This document shows positions 13,791 through 27,699 of a stretch of DNA of 64,000 bases, one piece after another. Both the position numbers and the translations under genes were made by a program. The notes under the pieces were generated by a model. The model worked only from the letters and a program-made list of their open reading frames with translations, ran no database searches and was not told the DNA's origin. Where the stretch lies: positions 51,522,001-51,586,000 of the forward strand of contig NC_043007.1 of the NCBI RefSeq assembly GCF_006345805.1, in the 5' to 3' direction. Each line of letters opens with the position of its first letter. The stretch's first letter is position 1. The DNA is from Octopus sinensis (Eukaryota).

Positions 13791-15139
13791 ATACATACAT
13801 AGGTAGATGGATACATATTTAGGTACATATACACGTGTGTGTGTATGCGCGTGCGCGTATTTATGTGTGTGTATACAGGTTGACAAATGTGTGTATACAG
13901 GTAGATCTGTGTATGAATACATACGAGTAAATAGATGGTGAATATTATCTATCTACAACAAGTAGATAAATAAGAATACATGCGAGTAGATATCTATACG
14001 AGTAGATGAGCGGCGTTTGTAGTAGTACTTGTGGCTGTTGAGCTTCTTGTTGTGGGGGAAGGCAACTTTTCCGAGGGAATCAGCTGACGGTTCTGATGGT
14101 CTAAATGCAATCATTGATTAATGTACAGGAAGAAATACCATCACGACCACCAAAATCACCTCCTACTACTACCAGCCCATCACTAACACTACGAGAATTA
14201 GTATCACCATCACAACCAATAACACCACAAACCCCAACTTTGCCTTATCTACAATTGTCACGACATCTACCATTACCTGTGGTACTAACATAACCACGTT
14301 GCAACATCCTCACCTCTATACTAAGTATGATAGTAGAATAAAGATAATCCTTTAAACTATGTGCACGTAGCCTAACATTTTGGAAGTGGAGGTGCCTAAT
14401 TGATTATATACACCCAAGTGCTAGAATAGTAATTATATTATCGGCCCTGAAAGGGAAAGGTTACCATTGATCTCAGTATCTGACAAGTACTTTATTTTGT
14501 CGATTTTGGAGTGATGAAAGCTAAGTTAAGCTCAGCAGGATTTGCAGCCAGTACGCGACCAACAGGAAGGTCCTGGGTTCAAATAACAACCACACCACAT
14601 GGATAATTATCCCATCATGATACACCATTAAGACATCTGCTACCATTAACAAAGTAGCACCATCAACGCCACAAACAACAAGACACATTTATAATAATAA
14701 AAACAACAACGGCAGTAATAACAACAGGACCACAATCACAACACTATCAAGCACAACAATGACATCAAAACTATAATACGATTGCCACCACCACAACTAC
14801 AATTGTCACCACCACCGCCACTGCCACAACGACCACCATTAGTGCCATTATCACTCCCACAACAGTACATAAAAAAAACTTTTGGCATGCAAAATCTTTT
14901 TTTGTGAAGTTTACGACATTTTCTTTCTGTTTATTGTGTAATTAAAGATTGTTGGGAATCTAAAGTTTTGATTTAATGGTTCCGTTTTGGCGGTCAACTG
15001 ATGATGAAGAATTCTTGACTCCAACCTGACCACAACACTTTCTCATAAAGCCACATCACTGTCTGGAATCGGAGAGATTCCAGCTTTGATAATATAATTT
15101 AAATGTGATAGTTATAACAGAAACCACGGGGAGTACAAT

Positions 15140-15141
<2 letters not shown>

Positions 15142-15227
<86 letters not shown>

Positions 15228-15228
15228 G
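15142..15228. repeat. (GATA)n microsatellite (others at 26397-26488 and 58783-58842)
   Basis: Direct reading. Confidence 0.97.
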
Positions 15229-15815
15229 TATGTATGTATTTGATACATTCAAAATATTTTGGTTTGTATCTTCGATAAATAAAAAGCTTGTTGCACACAC
15301 ACACTCACAAACCCACGCGCGCACATAGACTCACGCGCGTGCGCGCGTCTTTATGTTTATGTGTGTGTATGTTCATGTGATGGACACATCGCACAAACGA
15401 TAGAAAAAAATAAAAAATTGACAAAAAATGTGCATACTAATACTATACTCTTTTGCACAGATAAGTGAGCACACGTAAATATATTCATACACATACGCAT
15501 ACCCTGTACTCCAGCCATAAATATATCTCTTCTTAATCTAATATCCATAAACACATCAATGATGCCTCCAGTTATTGACACCGTTCAATATATTAACCGA
15601 TGCTAAAATATCTGGCCAGGTTCTGGTTACGACTCAAAAAATGGGAAACAAATATATGAAAATACTTTTTACTTTTACATGAATTTACTAGCTTTTTATC
15701 ATGACGAAGCATCTGCATCTACAAACAGAAAGATAAATTTACACATGCAAACACACATACATGTGTGTATGTGCATATATTTGTATCTATGTACATATGT
15801 ATGTATATATGTATG

Positions 15816-15846
<31 letters not shown>

Positions 15847-15979
15847 ACACATTTTATTGATCTCTGTGCGTCTGCAATAAAATGGCTCTTCTGGTAATGT
15901 GAGCTAGGAACCATTATTCTACCGTCGGATTGATTCCTTCAATATATGCAACAGTAGAATGATAGTTCTCACAACACAC

Positions 15980-16015
15980 TACCTGAAGAGACATGATGTG
16001 GCAAAACTAGTCGTA
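15980..16015 (+). ncRNA. Degenerate minimal hammerhead-like motif
   Basis: TAC-CTGAAGA-GACATGATGTGGC-AAAA-CTA-GTC-GTA. 3-bp stem I and palindromic ACTAGT stem III, but GAAA is mutated to AAAA. Confidence 0.45.
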
Positions 16016-16181
16016 ATCTAAATACTGGATATCTAGCTATAGATATATTTATAAATGTGCTCTGTGTAAAAATGCTATAACTTAGAAGAATCCATTGATT
16101 ATAATACAAAAAATATTTTGCGTTCAGTTGTTATAAAAACAATTTTACACTCATCTGATAGGTTACTCTGAAGATGGCTTA

Positions 16182-16340
16182 GGCGTAGCAGTGTGGTAAG
16201 AAGTTTGCTGACTAACCACACGGCTCTGGGTTCAGTCTCACTACGTGGCATTTTGGGCAAGTATTTTCTACTATAGCCTCGGGCTGACCAAAACCTTGTG
16301 AGTGGATTTGGTAAGCGGAAACAACAAGAAGACCGTCGTA
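16182..16340 (+). mobile_element. SINE family A head (tRNA + CORE-like), ending at (TA)n
   Basis: GGCGTAGCAGTGTGGTAAG..GGGTTCAGTCTC..TTGGGCAAGTATTTTCTACTATAGCC. Confidence 0.8.
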
Positions 16341-16379
16341 TATATATATGTATATATATATATTTAATAAATAAAATAT

Positions 16380-16850
16380 ATGCATACATACATACATATA
16401 TGTACGTACCTACATCTACATGTATATATACATGCATATATAAATATATATACGTGAGTACAGGACACCACAAATAGACGTAGAACTCAACGACAGACGA
16501 AAACGTAAAAACAAACATGGAAACGGACCTTTTTGAACAACGAAAAAACAGAGTGCAAGACAAACAGCACAAGGAAAATTCCCCTTCATCAGCTGTCCGT
16601 AGTTCGACTCCATGCGTGTTTCGAAGGTAAGGACAGAACATGACTCGTCGAACTAGCCCTTCCTGCGAAAGAATTAAATAAAATTCCTTCGCAGAGGGGT
16701 AAAAACAAGGAGAGAAAAAAATGTGACAAAAACATGACGTAAAAATAATACAAATAAAAATACGAATAAAAAAACAAATAGAAAATAAAAATACAAATAC
16801 AAAAAATACAGTACAAGAAATAAAAACAAACAGGAAAACAAACAATGAGG
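16380..16850 (-). repeat. Family P-related repeat
   Basis: Minus strand CCTTCGAAACACGCATGGAGTCGAACTACGGACAGCTGATGAAGGGG; shares a (TG/TA)-rich tail with 12810-13160. Confidence 0.65.
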
Positions 16851-17196
16851 GCCTTTTTTTAGCCTAGACGAGGAAAAATTTTTAAGAGCGCAGGAAAAAA
16901 GCGTGTTCACTTGTAGGAGGCCGCCAGCGAAAGGAAGTTGGTCGACCTGGCTGTAAGAGAGATGAGGAGGACTGAGAGAGAGAGATAGAGAGAGGAAAGG
17001 AAACCAGAAAGGGTGAAAAAAAGGAGTGAAAAATAAGAAGGAGAGAATCAGATAAAGAGGAAGACAGATAGGAAGGAAGGGAAGGTCAAGCAAAGGGTTA
17101 TAGAGTTCCGCGTCATAATTATGTATAAAAAACTTACTGGGAGAACAGAAAGGAACGAAACGACGCGAGGGCGCTCAGTCATGCAAATATTCAATA

Positions 17197-17261
<65 letters not shown>

Positions 17262-17289
17262 TTATGTCTCAGAATTAAGGCAACCAACT

Positions 17290-18170
17290 TTTTTGCAATT
17301 TTTCCAAAGAAAAATATTGTTATATCTCGGGTCTGAGCGTTGCAATGCAATGGTAAAGGAAATACAATTATGACGCTATCACATTTACTTGATATGATCA
17401 CTTCTATTTCTAATAAAAGCCTTGAGTCTAGCTGCGAAAGATTCAAATCAGGCATGCCGCTGTTCTTGTGGAATCGAAGTCCATTCCTGACGCAGTTTTT
17501 GCCTTCAGAGCGTTGAGTGAAGCGGGGGGACTGCTCGAGATCCTCGTCTCCAAAATGTACCAAACAGAAAACTCCAAGTTGAGACCAGGACCTTTTGAGG
17601 GCCATACATCCTTGCTTATGAACGACGTAATGTTTTTCTGAATCCAGCACCATGTCTATTTGGAGCTGTTGGATAGTGTCGAGTCTTGTTGGAGGCTCCA
17701 AGGAGCGCCTTGAAGGTGCTCATTCATCCGTGGAAGCCGTTCGGCTTCCAGAATGTCGCTAATGTATCGCTGCGTGTTTATTCTAACACCCGGGTACAAA
17801 AACATATATATATATATATATATATATCGTTTGTAGAAATAGATAAACCAGTAGGAGAAGCACACTCTAAGATGTAGAGTATTTTAGAAGATTCCTGCTG
17901 GTGTTTTGGAATCCGCATAGTGACGCCACAGCCGAAAGCCAATAGCCAAGGCCGAAAGGAGACAATCATTTTCCTCTGCGGTTCTTTGGTGACCGCAAGT
18001 AAGCGGCGCAGCCGAAATCCAATAATCACCTAGTGTGTGCCTTTATAGGGAGGCATTTCCCCTCAATATTTTGAAGAGGTCGTAGGCCAGCAGTATTTGG
18101 GGTCTGAAGATACGCCGTAAGGCCGAACCCCTTTTGAGCGAGAAACCCAGGGTAATCTCATAAACCAGCC
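17290..18170 (-). mobile_element. Decayed Tc1/mariner (maT/DD37D-like) transposase fragment, interrupted by (TA)n
   Basis: Minus frames give GVRINTQRYISDILEAE..WSLQQDS and DVWPSKGPGLNLEFSVWYIL (degenerate WPxxSPDLNPLDxxVW). No TIRs recognised. Confidence 0.75.
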
Positions 18171-18250
18171 TCCCTCATTATAATATATTTGATGAACATA
18201 TAGTAGTATGTAAGCCGACTCATGAAATCTCTATTGAGACTTTTTATTGA

Positions 18251-18294
18251 TGTACCCGAAGAGACCCAGAATGGCTCGAAACATGTGTTGTTCC
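18251..18294 (+). ncRNA. Degenerate minimal hammerhead-like motif (U4C core)
   Basis: GTAC-CCGAAGA-GACCCAGAATGGCTC-GAAAC-ATGT-GTT-GTTC. Confidence 0.45.
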
Positions 18295-18462
18295 CAATAA
18301 AGTCTATTACACATTCCATCTCCTATTTCATTAATACTATTGTCCCAACATCCACTACGAAGTTCCTGCAATAAATCTAAGGATAACAATAAGTAATCGA
18401 AAGTGTGCCGGTGCTTTACTCATCATCTATTTATAGATTTTGCATAATTTCTCCATTATATA

Positions 18463-18669
18463 TATTCTTTTACTCTTTTACTTGTTCCAGTTATTTGGCT
18501 GCGGCCAAGCTGGAACACCGCCTTTAGTCAAACAAATCGACACCAAGACTTATTTTTTGTAAGCCTAGTACTTATCGGTCTCTTTGCCGAACCGCTAAGT
18601 TACGAGGACGAAAATACACCAGCGTCGGTTGTCAAGCGATGGTGGGGCAACAAACACATACACAAACAA

Positions 18670-18730
<61 letters not shown>

Positions 18731-18892
18731 CGACGATCTTCTTTCAGTTTCCGTCTACCAAATCGACTCACAAGGCTTTGGTCGGCCCGAGGCTATAATA
18801 GAAGACACTTACCCAAGGTGCCACGCAGTGGGACTGAACCCGGAACCATGTGGTTGGTAAACAAGCTACTTATCACACAGCCACTCCTGCGC

Positions 18893-18893
<1 letters not shown>
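18463..18893 (-). mobile_element. Full-length SINE family A
   Basis: tRNA-like head, CORE-like block, internal (TA)(TG) linker, 3' half and (AAAAGAGT)-like tail. Confidence 0.88.
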
Positions 18894-18939
<46 letters not shown>

Positions 18940-18945
<6 letters not shown>

Positions 18946-19160
18946 TTTGTGTCTGTGTTTGTTCCCCCACCATTGCGTGAGAACAATTGCTAGTGCGTTT
19001 ACGTCCCCTTAACTTAGCGGTTCTGCAAAGGATACCGATAGAAAAAGTACTAGGCTTACAAAGAATATGTTCTGGGGTCGATTTCTTCTACTAAAAAACT
19101 TTTCAAGGCGGTGCTCGATCATGGCCGCATTCAAATGACTGAAATAAATAAAAGAATAAA
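18940..19160 (+). mobile_element. SINE family A 3' half, opposite orientation, abutting the previous copy's head
   Basis: TAACTTAGCGGTTCTGCAAAG..GGGGTCGATTT..GGCGGTGCTCGATCATGGCCGC. Confidence 0.8.
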
Positions 19161-19490
19161 ATTATGAAATACATACATACATAAATACATACATATACGC
19201 ATGCGTATATGAGTGTGAACGTATTTATATATGCATTCATAGATAAATAGGTGCACACGTACCAACAACCTTAGTTGCAAAGATACATTAAATTACAGAA
19301 AAGTAGAACATCAATAGAGAACTAATGAGAAACTTACAGCTCTAATATCCTTGCTATGAATTTTCATGTGTTCTTATTATCAGGTACACTGGATTATGTA
19401 ACAACAAATTTGCATTAAAAAACATGTGATGCTGAGTCTATCAAGAGAGAAGAGACCAAATTGATTTATTATGTCTTGATAATATATTCT

Positions 19491-19558
19491 GTAAATGAGT
19501 TGCTACATTAAAGTGGCAGTTGAATGTCACTGCTACTTTGATGTGGCAACTCATTTAC
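19491..19558 (+). other. Isolated 30-bp-stem hairpin (pre-miRNA-like or mini-MITE)
   Basis: Arms 19491-19520 and 19529-19558 pair at all 30 positions (27 Watson-Crick, 3 G.U on the + strand); 8-nt loop TGAATGTC. Confidence 0.6.
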
Positions 19559-20008
19559 TGTTTAGTATACGTTACTCCTCTATCTCTTCTTGAGAATATA
19601 TTCTGTATATTGAACTCTGGATTTACCAGAGTCAATTGTTTATTGTAAACGATTCTGAATGTTTCCTTCATTCAATGTAGTTAGCCAAATTTGGATTTTA
19701 TGAGAGCGCTCGTAAGTATTTAAATGCCCTATTCTTTTGGATTGTGTGTGTGTGTAATAATAATAATCAAAAGATGTAACTTATAAACATTTAATGCATC
19801 ACTATGCGCGTTTTCACACGTCACATAACTTTTAAAATCACAGTTCGTATTCCTGTGATGATTACAGTGTAGTCTGTAATATCTTTGGGCATCCGGTTGA
19901 TCCTCATCGTTGATTCATTTGTTCAGGCGATATTATATAGACAGTGGCCGGCATAATGGAATAGGAGCTTCATATGCATATTCAAAACGTTACTATGACA
20001 AATTTTAA

Positions 20009-20071
<63 letters not shown>

Positions 20072-20269
20072 CATACATACATGGTGGCTGCCCCCTCGTT
20101 ATCGAGTATGGCCATTGCACGAAGCTTAATCAATGTTGTTATCGTGCAATGCCTGTGCAAGAAGATTTTTTTTAAAGTGAGGAAAGGCTGTGCACTGATT
20201 CAATCCCACTCACTAAGCAACAGCAACCATAATCCGAAAAGAAGAACAAGTCAACATCATCGGTAACCA

Positions 20270-20636
20270 CTGAGCCGCAGATTTTATGTCGGACTTATCC
20301 CAGATACCTGAGTTACCTTCTCCTAGAAGGATGCCCTAACAAAGGCTAGGGGTCCCTCACTCCGAATGGTTTAACCGCGCGATCGGGTATTCAGTCCGAT
20401 TATTTCTATGTCCCCGCGCATGATACAGCCTTAAGACATTTATTGGATGGCCGTTGACTCTCAAGAGTTCCTCCGCCCTTTGGCGGGTTTTGTTTTTCAT
20501 CCCGCAGGGTGTCCAATAAACACCCTCCTCACCAAGCAAGCTTGGTGGGGTTGCCGGTTTAGTCGCCGACGACCCGACCATGCAACAGGTTGTACTGGGT
20601 TACATGTTACCAGTAACACTCGAAAGTGACCTGACA
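20270..20636 (-). mobile_element. RTE-clade 5' UTR-like non-coding fragment
   Basis: Minus strand contains GGCATCCTTCTAGGAGAAGGTAACTC, resembling the TCTAGGAGAAGGAAAACTC motif of RTE 5' UTRs as recalled; begins next to an (ATGT)n tract. Confidence 0.45.
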
Positions 20637-20769
20637 TAACATACATACATACATACATACATACATACATACATACATACATACATACATACATGTATGC
20701 ATGCATGCATGCATACATACATACATACATACATACATACATACATACATACATACATACATACATACA

Positions 20770-21070
20770 TACTTGGAAGAGGATGCGTGGCGTTCAATCA
20801 TATAATAATATAAATAATATAAAATTGGTAACACAAACAGGACAGTGACGTGTTGCGGGAGCAACTGTTTTATCGAAAGCGTATATTGTTGTTAAATGCT
20901 CGAAATACGAAACTAGAAAAACAGCCAAGAACTGATGAAGGGTCGACCTTTATGTTGTCTGTTTTGTTTTTCATTTGTGTCTTTCGTTGTTCGAAAGAAT
21001 AGTTCATGTTCCATGTACTCGTGCTTCGTATTTTTTGTTGTACACATTTCGTGACGTCCTGTGCCCACAT
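20770..21070. repeat. Family P repeat: short minus-strand terminus plus divergent plus-strand copy
   Basis: 20770-20825 matches 12815-12870; the plus copy carries GAACTGATGAAGGG and ends in (TA)n. Confidence 0.6.
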
Positions 21071-21071
21071 A

Positions 21072-21114
<43 letters not shown>

Positions 21115-21119
21115 TATAT

Positions 21120-21169
<50 letters not shown>

Positions 21170-23667
21170 TTTATCTTTTTCTTACTTCAGTCATTAGACT
21201 GTGGATGCATGTATGTATGTATGGTCTAATATCTGATCAGTTTTATATATATATATATATGCACAAATATATGCGTGTGTGTGTGTAACAACACATTCGT
21301 GGTCCTACCATAGTAAACTGCACTTCAAACCTAACAGCTTACCCAACAACAAAGTAAGACCATTCAAAATAAACAAGTGGTCTTATATATAAGATATTGA
21401 CTCATGCGTTGGTGTTTTCGTTTATTTCTTTATTGCCATTCCAATTCATAACGTTTCCTTCCCACCCATGCTTTCATGTCTTTAGGAATTTGCGTATATT
21501 TCAGCCTCTTACCATTTGATTTTGCTGTTTTAGGATGCACACACATATAAACACGTACTCAATTTCGTCATTATGGAGGAAAAAATATTTCTTTATGTCG
21601 TTCGCTTTATTTTATCATCTTCATACTTCACCTTCTTTACTTACTCCTTCCTCAGTATATAGTTTAAGTATATTTTTTATTGTTTTTCTTCCATCGATAT
21701 ATTTTCTACTTCTCTTCCTCGTCTACCTCTATTTCGTTCTGCAGCAGCATGGACTTCCTTCTTTCGTGCCAGAAACGGACAAAAACGAAGTTACAAGAGC
21801 GCTAAAAAAACACAAGTTACACACACAGACACACAATTTCCCTTTCTTTCTCTCTCTCTCTCTTTCTTTCTCTCTCTTTCTCTCTTGCTCTTTCTCTCTC
21901 TTCCTCTCCCTCTTTCTCTCTTTCTCTCTCTCACACACGCACGCACGCACACACACACACACACGTATTTGTTATTTTTTTACAAGATTAAATCAATCGG
22001 AAATGAAGTGTGTTATAAAAATGGGAAAACATATTTCCATGGATCCTGATATTGTATTTGGCACACACTAAATGTTATCAGTAATATCACATTTCTTCAT
22101 TCTTGACCGATCGATTCGTAAACCATTGAATAAATTGGTTTACTATTTTCGAGTCGTCACCACAGACACCGCCACTGTGATACCTACAACAATTGAGGCC
22201 CCCACCACTGTCATCAGGTGACCGTCGTAATTCCACTACTAAAATCTTCAATACCAACATATCAACCCCCAAATCATCATCACCCCGACATCGTCGTTAT
22301 CATCTCAACATCGCAAACTCACATCACCCTTATATCATTATCATCATCACTATCCCTAATGCTACCCTCTTACATTTATTACCAACAAACCCCAACTCAT
22401 CCATCACGACTATCACCAACAGTACCACAACCATCAACAGCACTAACACCTGTTCAGTTGTTATAAACAAGAACAACTCATGTGTTACCAATCATGCCTT
22501 CAATCAACACAAGCATTCACTCAACAACTGCATATCAACAATATACATTTTAATTATCGTTACTAAACACTTCATCTATAATACATCTAACGACCCAGCA
22601 ACCACTACTAAGCATTTCGCTATACTATATCCAATACTGTAGCAAACATCACAAACACTACCTCCAGCCAGATCACAGAAATATCAACATCATATATGTA
22701 TTAACATCTACTACCAATGTGATCATAATCTATAAAATCAATACTCATTACCGTTGAAAACTAACGAACGTTCCGCCGTCACTGATCCATTACAATCACA
22801 TCAATCAATCCCAGACACCAATCACAACCATCAATGCTCTTACCATAGGTTGTTGGGATTAGATCTTTTGTAATGTAAGGTAAACTTAAATACAATATGT
22901 GTCGATGTTAAAAGTAAATCAAGTGTTTCCTTCATAGATTTTAAATAAAAATGAGCTAAGTGGTAACAACTCAGAGCAGCCAGCGGCATTTATTTAAACA
23001 GCATAGACAAATACAGGTGTATCAGACAAGATTATAACACAAATTCTTGACTTATCAAAATTATTTCTGCTTAAGATGTAACATAATTGCCAAATGCTAA
23101 TTAAGACCAGCTCCAATTGAGAAGGATAGGGGAGGATATCAAAAATCAAGAATTCTTCAAAGGCCCTTCTCTTTAACACAATACACAACCCTCCCTACAT
23201 TTCTTAATCATTTTAAATATCTCTTTGTCCTTCTTGTACCTGTTTTACTATTTCTTTTAGTTACTTCGAGGGAACTGTCCCAAAAATGTAGACCGTTTGA
23301 AGATTCAAGGCCCAAAACTTTAGCTCCCGTGTTTAAAATCAGGCATCTAGAGCATCAGACCTTTGTCTAAAACTTCAGAAATATATCTAGAACTTATGAA
23401 ATGCGTCTAAAATTTCACGGCAAGCAAACTTACTGATGCAGAATCGCTTGAATCTTAATATGTATTGTATGTTAATTTATGGCAACCTCTAACTTAATTC
23501 AAAGATTGACCCTCGCCAGTAAATAAATTCTTCTTGTTTACAATTTACTGACACCCAACTGAGCACAAAGCTGGTAGCTACATTAAGCTCCAGAGAAAGC
23601 CACAGCTTTTTCTGAAAGCCACTAAACTGAATATTATGTATACATTCGAAGTAAGATGTTGTATATA

Positions 23668-24899
23668 CAGGGTGCGTAAGATATTTGAGGAAAGATTTCT
23701 GTTTATAAAAACAAACAGATATATAATAACAGATACTAACTTTATTTATCAAAAAATGCAATGAGAATAAAAACAAACCTTCTTTTCTATAATGTTATTC
23801 AATAAAGCCACCTTAAGCTTCAATAACTGTTTCTGTATGACATCTAAATCACCTACATGTTCGAATCAAGTGGTCCTGGTTCATTTTGGACATTACTCTG
23901 ACTATGGCAGTTTTCAAAGAATCTTTGGTGTTATGGGCATGTTCATTGGTCACTCTCTCAACAACGCTCCACATGTAATAGTCCAATAGATTGACATCTG
24001 GGGAATTAGGAGGCCAAAATGTTAGGGGTTGTGTGATCGTGAAAATTTTCAGCCATCCATTTCTGTATTACTAGAGCCATGTCTGTTAGTGCAGTCTTAC
24101 TGAAACACATGACCTTCCATTGCATACACTGTCTATCCAGGGCTTAACATTTGTTTCCAGGACATAGTGTAGGTGGCAGAGTTAACTCTAAGGCCTTGTG
24201 GAAAGAAGTAAAGAGGAATCACACGTCCTTCATTGCTGACAACCACTAAAACCATGACAGTTGCAGGAAATTTTGTATGTATAACACTTGGAAATTCAGA
24301 AGGGTCTGCACATAACCAACTGTCATTTCTTCTATTAACTTGGTCGAAGTTTTTCTCGTTTGAGAAAAACTAAATGAAATCTTCTGCTAGATTTTTCAGT
24401 TTGTTTAAGAGACTTTTAGATCTGATGTAGTGATTTGCTTCTGCTTTCTCGGACAAATTGACTTTTCATCATATAAGACATATATGATGTCTTCGTGGTC
24501 AACATTTCTGACTGTTCCTTCTGAGACTTTCCAATTGACCTCATTGACTTTCTGGGATTGTAATCAATGGTCTATTGAACTTGCTGGATAAATTCAGGTA
24601 TTCTGATGATTTCAGAGTGTTTAGAATGCTTTTTATGTTTTGATGCTGGTGATACGTTTCCATCTCCAGTCTCTAACTCCTCACAAACTTTGTAGACGAA
24701 AAATCTGGCAACTTTTAAAAATCAAGATATTTCTAAATCGCTATGCTCAGCATTTATAACCGCAATAACAGCATGCCTCTTCATTTCTTGAGTAAGCTGA
24801 GGGTCTGCCATTATTATTTTCTGAAATAAAGATTATACAGAGTTAGCAAAATATGCAGCAATGACCAAAAAAGGGTATATCCTCAAATACCTTCGCACC

Positions 24900-24902
<3 letters not shown>
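23668..24902 (-). mobile_element. Near full-length Tc1/mariner (maT/DD37D-like) DNA transposon, decayed
   Basis: TA-flanked TIRs CAGGGTGCGTAAGATATTTGAGGA and CATGGTGCGAAGGTATTTGAGGA. Minus ORF start [28 protein letters not shown]; WPPNSPDVNLLDYYMWSVVER. Confidence 0.88.
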
Positions 24903-24953
<51 letters not shown>

Positions 24954-25107
24954 TACATGGTGCGAAGGTATTTGAGGATATACCCTTTTTTGGTCATTGC
25001 TGCATATTTTGCTAACTCTGTATAATCTTTATTTCAGAAAATAATAATGGCAGACCCTCAGCTTACTCAAGAAATGAAGAGGCATGCTGTTATTGCGGTT
25101 ATAAATG

Positions 25108-25110
<3 letters not shown>
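24748..25110. repeat. 363-bp palindrome: 155-bp identical arms around a (TA)n centre
   Basis: 24956-25110 is the exact reverse complement of 24748-24902 (transposon 5' end); the right arm ends in another (TA)n. Confidence 0.95.
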
Positions 25111-25175
<65 letters not shown>

Positions 25176-25196
25176 TAATACATACATACATGTATT

Positions 25197-25230
<34 letters not shown>

Positions 25231-25744
25231 TGCATACATATGTATATATGTGTGTATGTGTGTGTGTATGTGTGTGTGTCTGTGTGTGTCTGTGTGTGTG
25301 TGTGTTTGTGTGCATAAATGTATGTATACTTGCATGCATAGGCAGGCACAAAATAACCAAGATATATTTAATAAACCCATCATTTGTGCAAATACACTAA
25401 TTTTTAATGCATCAAGTTACATAAAGATTTGAATTATACAAAATTGAAAGCAGAAGAAACAATGTTAGTAGGATTGCTAGTATATTTACTATATTTATTA
25501 GTTTAAATACGATCCTGATACGACGATATATGAATATTTAATTTCTTCAGGCTTAATTACATCTCTATAATTTAGATGTTGTGATATTAGAACGGCATAT
25601 TTCATCAGAGAAAGCCGCACGTGTTTAGTTATTCTTGGATAACGTTTCTGAACGTTTGAGAACATTAAGAAAGCAAACAGTACTAAAACAGTAAAATAAT
25701 GAGGCCTTCATATGGTAATTAATCTCGCATTATAAGGAATGTTT

Positions 25745-25776
<32 letters not shown>

Positions 25777-25798
25777 CACGTGTGTGCATATGTGTGTG

Positions 25799-25910
<112 letters not shown>

Positions 25911-25944
25911 CATATTATATATATATATATATATTATATATATA

Positions 25945-25978
<34 letters not shown>

Positions 25979-26234
25979 TACAATGGCGGTGCCCCAGCAA
26001 AATGGCGGTGCCCCAGCATGGCCACAGCTCATAAGCTGAAACTGGAAAAATCAAAATCAAAATCAAATATTTTCATAAAGCTTCCCGTATATATACATAC
26101 AATCAGCCGAAATTGCGAAGATGATCCGGTTTTTGACTGAAGATCGAAGGCTTCGAATGTCCCGTCCGTTTTTTGTATCATCTTCTAAATGTTTTGCGTT
26201 CTTGTCCCAGTTTGTGTTTTTTTACATTTATCCT

Positions 26235-26287
<53 letters not shown>

Positions 26288-26395
26288 TATATGAATATAG
26301 GTAAAACATACATGTACACATTTACATATGTATGTTTGTAAATATATATATATATATATATATAATATATATATATATAATATATATATATATAT

Positions 26396-26438
<43 letters not shown>

Positions 26439-26909
26439 TATAGATAGATAGATAGATAGATAGATATATAGATAGATAGATAGATAGATTCCTATATGGA
26501 GCTGGGAAGGCCATAGTTCAAATGAATAATCAATACAGGTACTGGGTTAAGTGGATATGTTTATTATTTGCGAAACACCTTACACACAGGTCCGGGATTA
26601 AATTATTAAAAAGTATGAAATGTCGTGATGTTTCTGTATGACTAGGACAGTATTGAAGACTTACAAGATGTCAGATGAATAGGTTTTAAAGACTAATTGA
26701 AGTTGCCCTTATGTTATATTTCAGCTCTGTTAGGATTCTCCCATTTGTAATACAGGAGAAAATGTATTTTTAGCAAACTGCTTATAGGTGCCCCAGACGC
26801 TATTATTTATATTACTCATGGCAAAGTAGTTGAAATTAAACTAAAGATTCACTATTCAATCTCATTTTGTAAGTTATGACCTAGTATTGGCGTAAAAATA
26901 CAGCTCACA

Positions 26910-26952
<43 letters not shown>

Positions 26953-27699
26953 GAAGGTTTAGAAGTATATTTATATATATTTTATATATATATATATAAT
27001 ATATATATATATAATATATATATATATACACACAAATATATATATTATATATATAAATGCATATATATTTATGTATATATACACACACATATATATATAT
27101 GCACACGCAACCACATACACGTGCTCACATAAGTACACATATTTATATATATAACCTTGTTCATATATACGCATACACACGCAAAGCACTCATCCTCATA
27201 CACACAGGATTAACATTTTACAAAAAAGTACACACACACACATATTTAGTAAAATACAAGTACTTCGATACACACAGGCACATACACACACTCACAGAGG
27301 AGAACATTCTCATACCCTCTCTGTATCCACTATTCCCTTTCTCTTTCTCCTTCCTTCTCTTTTACCCCTCACCTAAAACCAAATATTGAAACTTCACTCT
27401 CAAACAAGATTCCTCCACCATTACAAAGAGACGGCTCCCAAAATAAAATTTGAAATTGTAATAAAATAAAGCAAGTATGTGTAACTGTTCGAGTTGAGTG
27501 GTCAGGGTATCAAATAGCGCTCACCCCCGTCTCACCAACCAAATCTTGAAACATATCAGATTGTAATCTATATTCAATGCCTCGAGGAATTCTCAGCGCT
27601 AAACCACGATGACTTTCGTTTTAAACCCTTTTCTCTCATTTATTTATTTAAACATAAATAGAGAAAATAATAAAGGGTGAATATATAAACAAAAATAAT

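Noticed and set aside
22130-22850. Thr/Ser/Ile-rich mucin-like ORFs (also 14100-14880)
   Set aside because: These are decayed (CAT/CAC/AAC)n low-complexity DNA with no splice or codon evidence.
26105-26170. CTGAAGATCGAAGGCTTCGAATGTC as a hammerhead
   Set aside because: GAAA is absent and stem I does not form.
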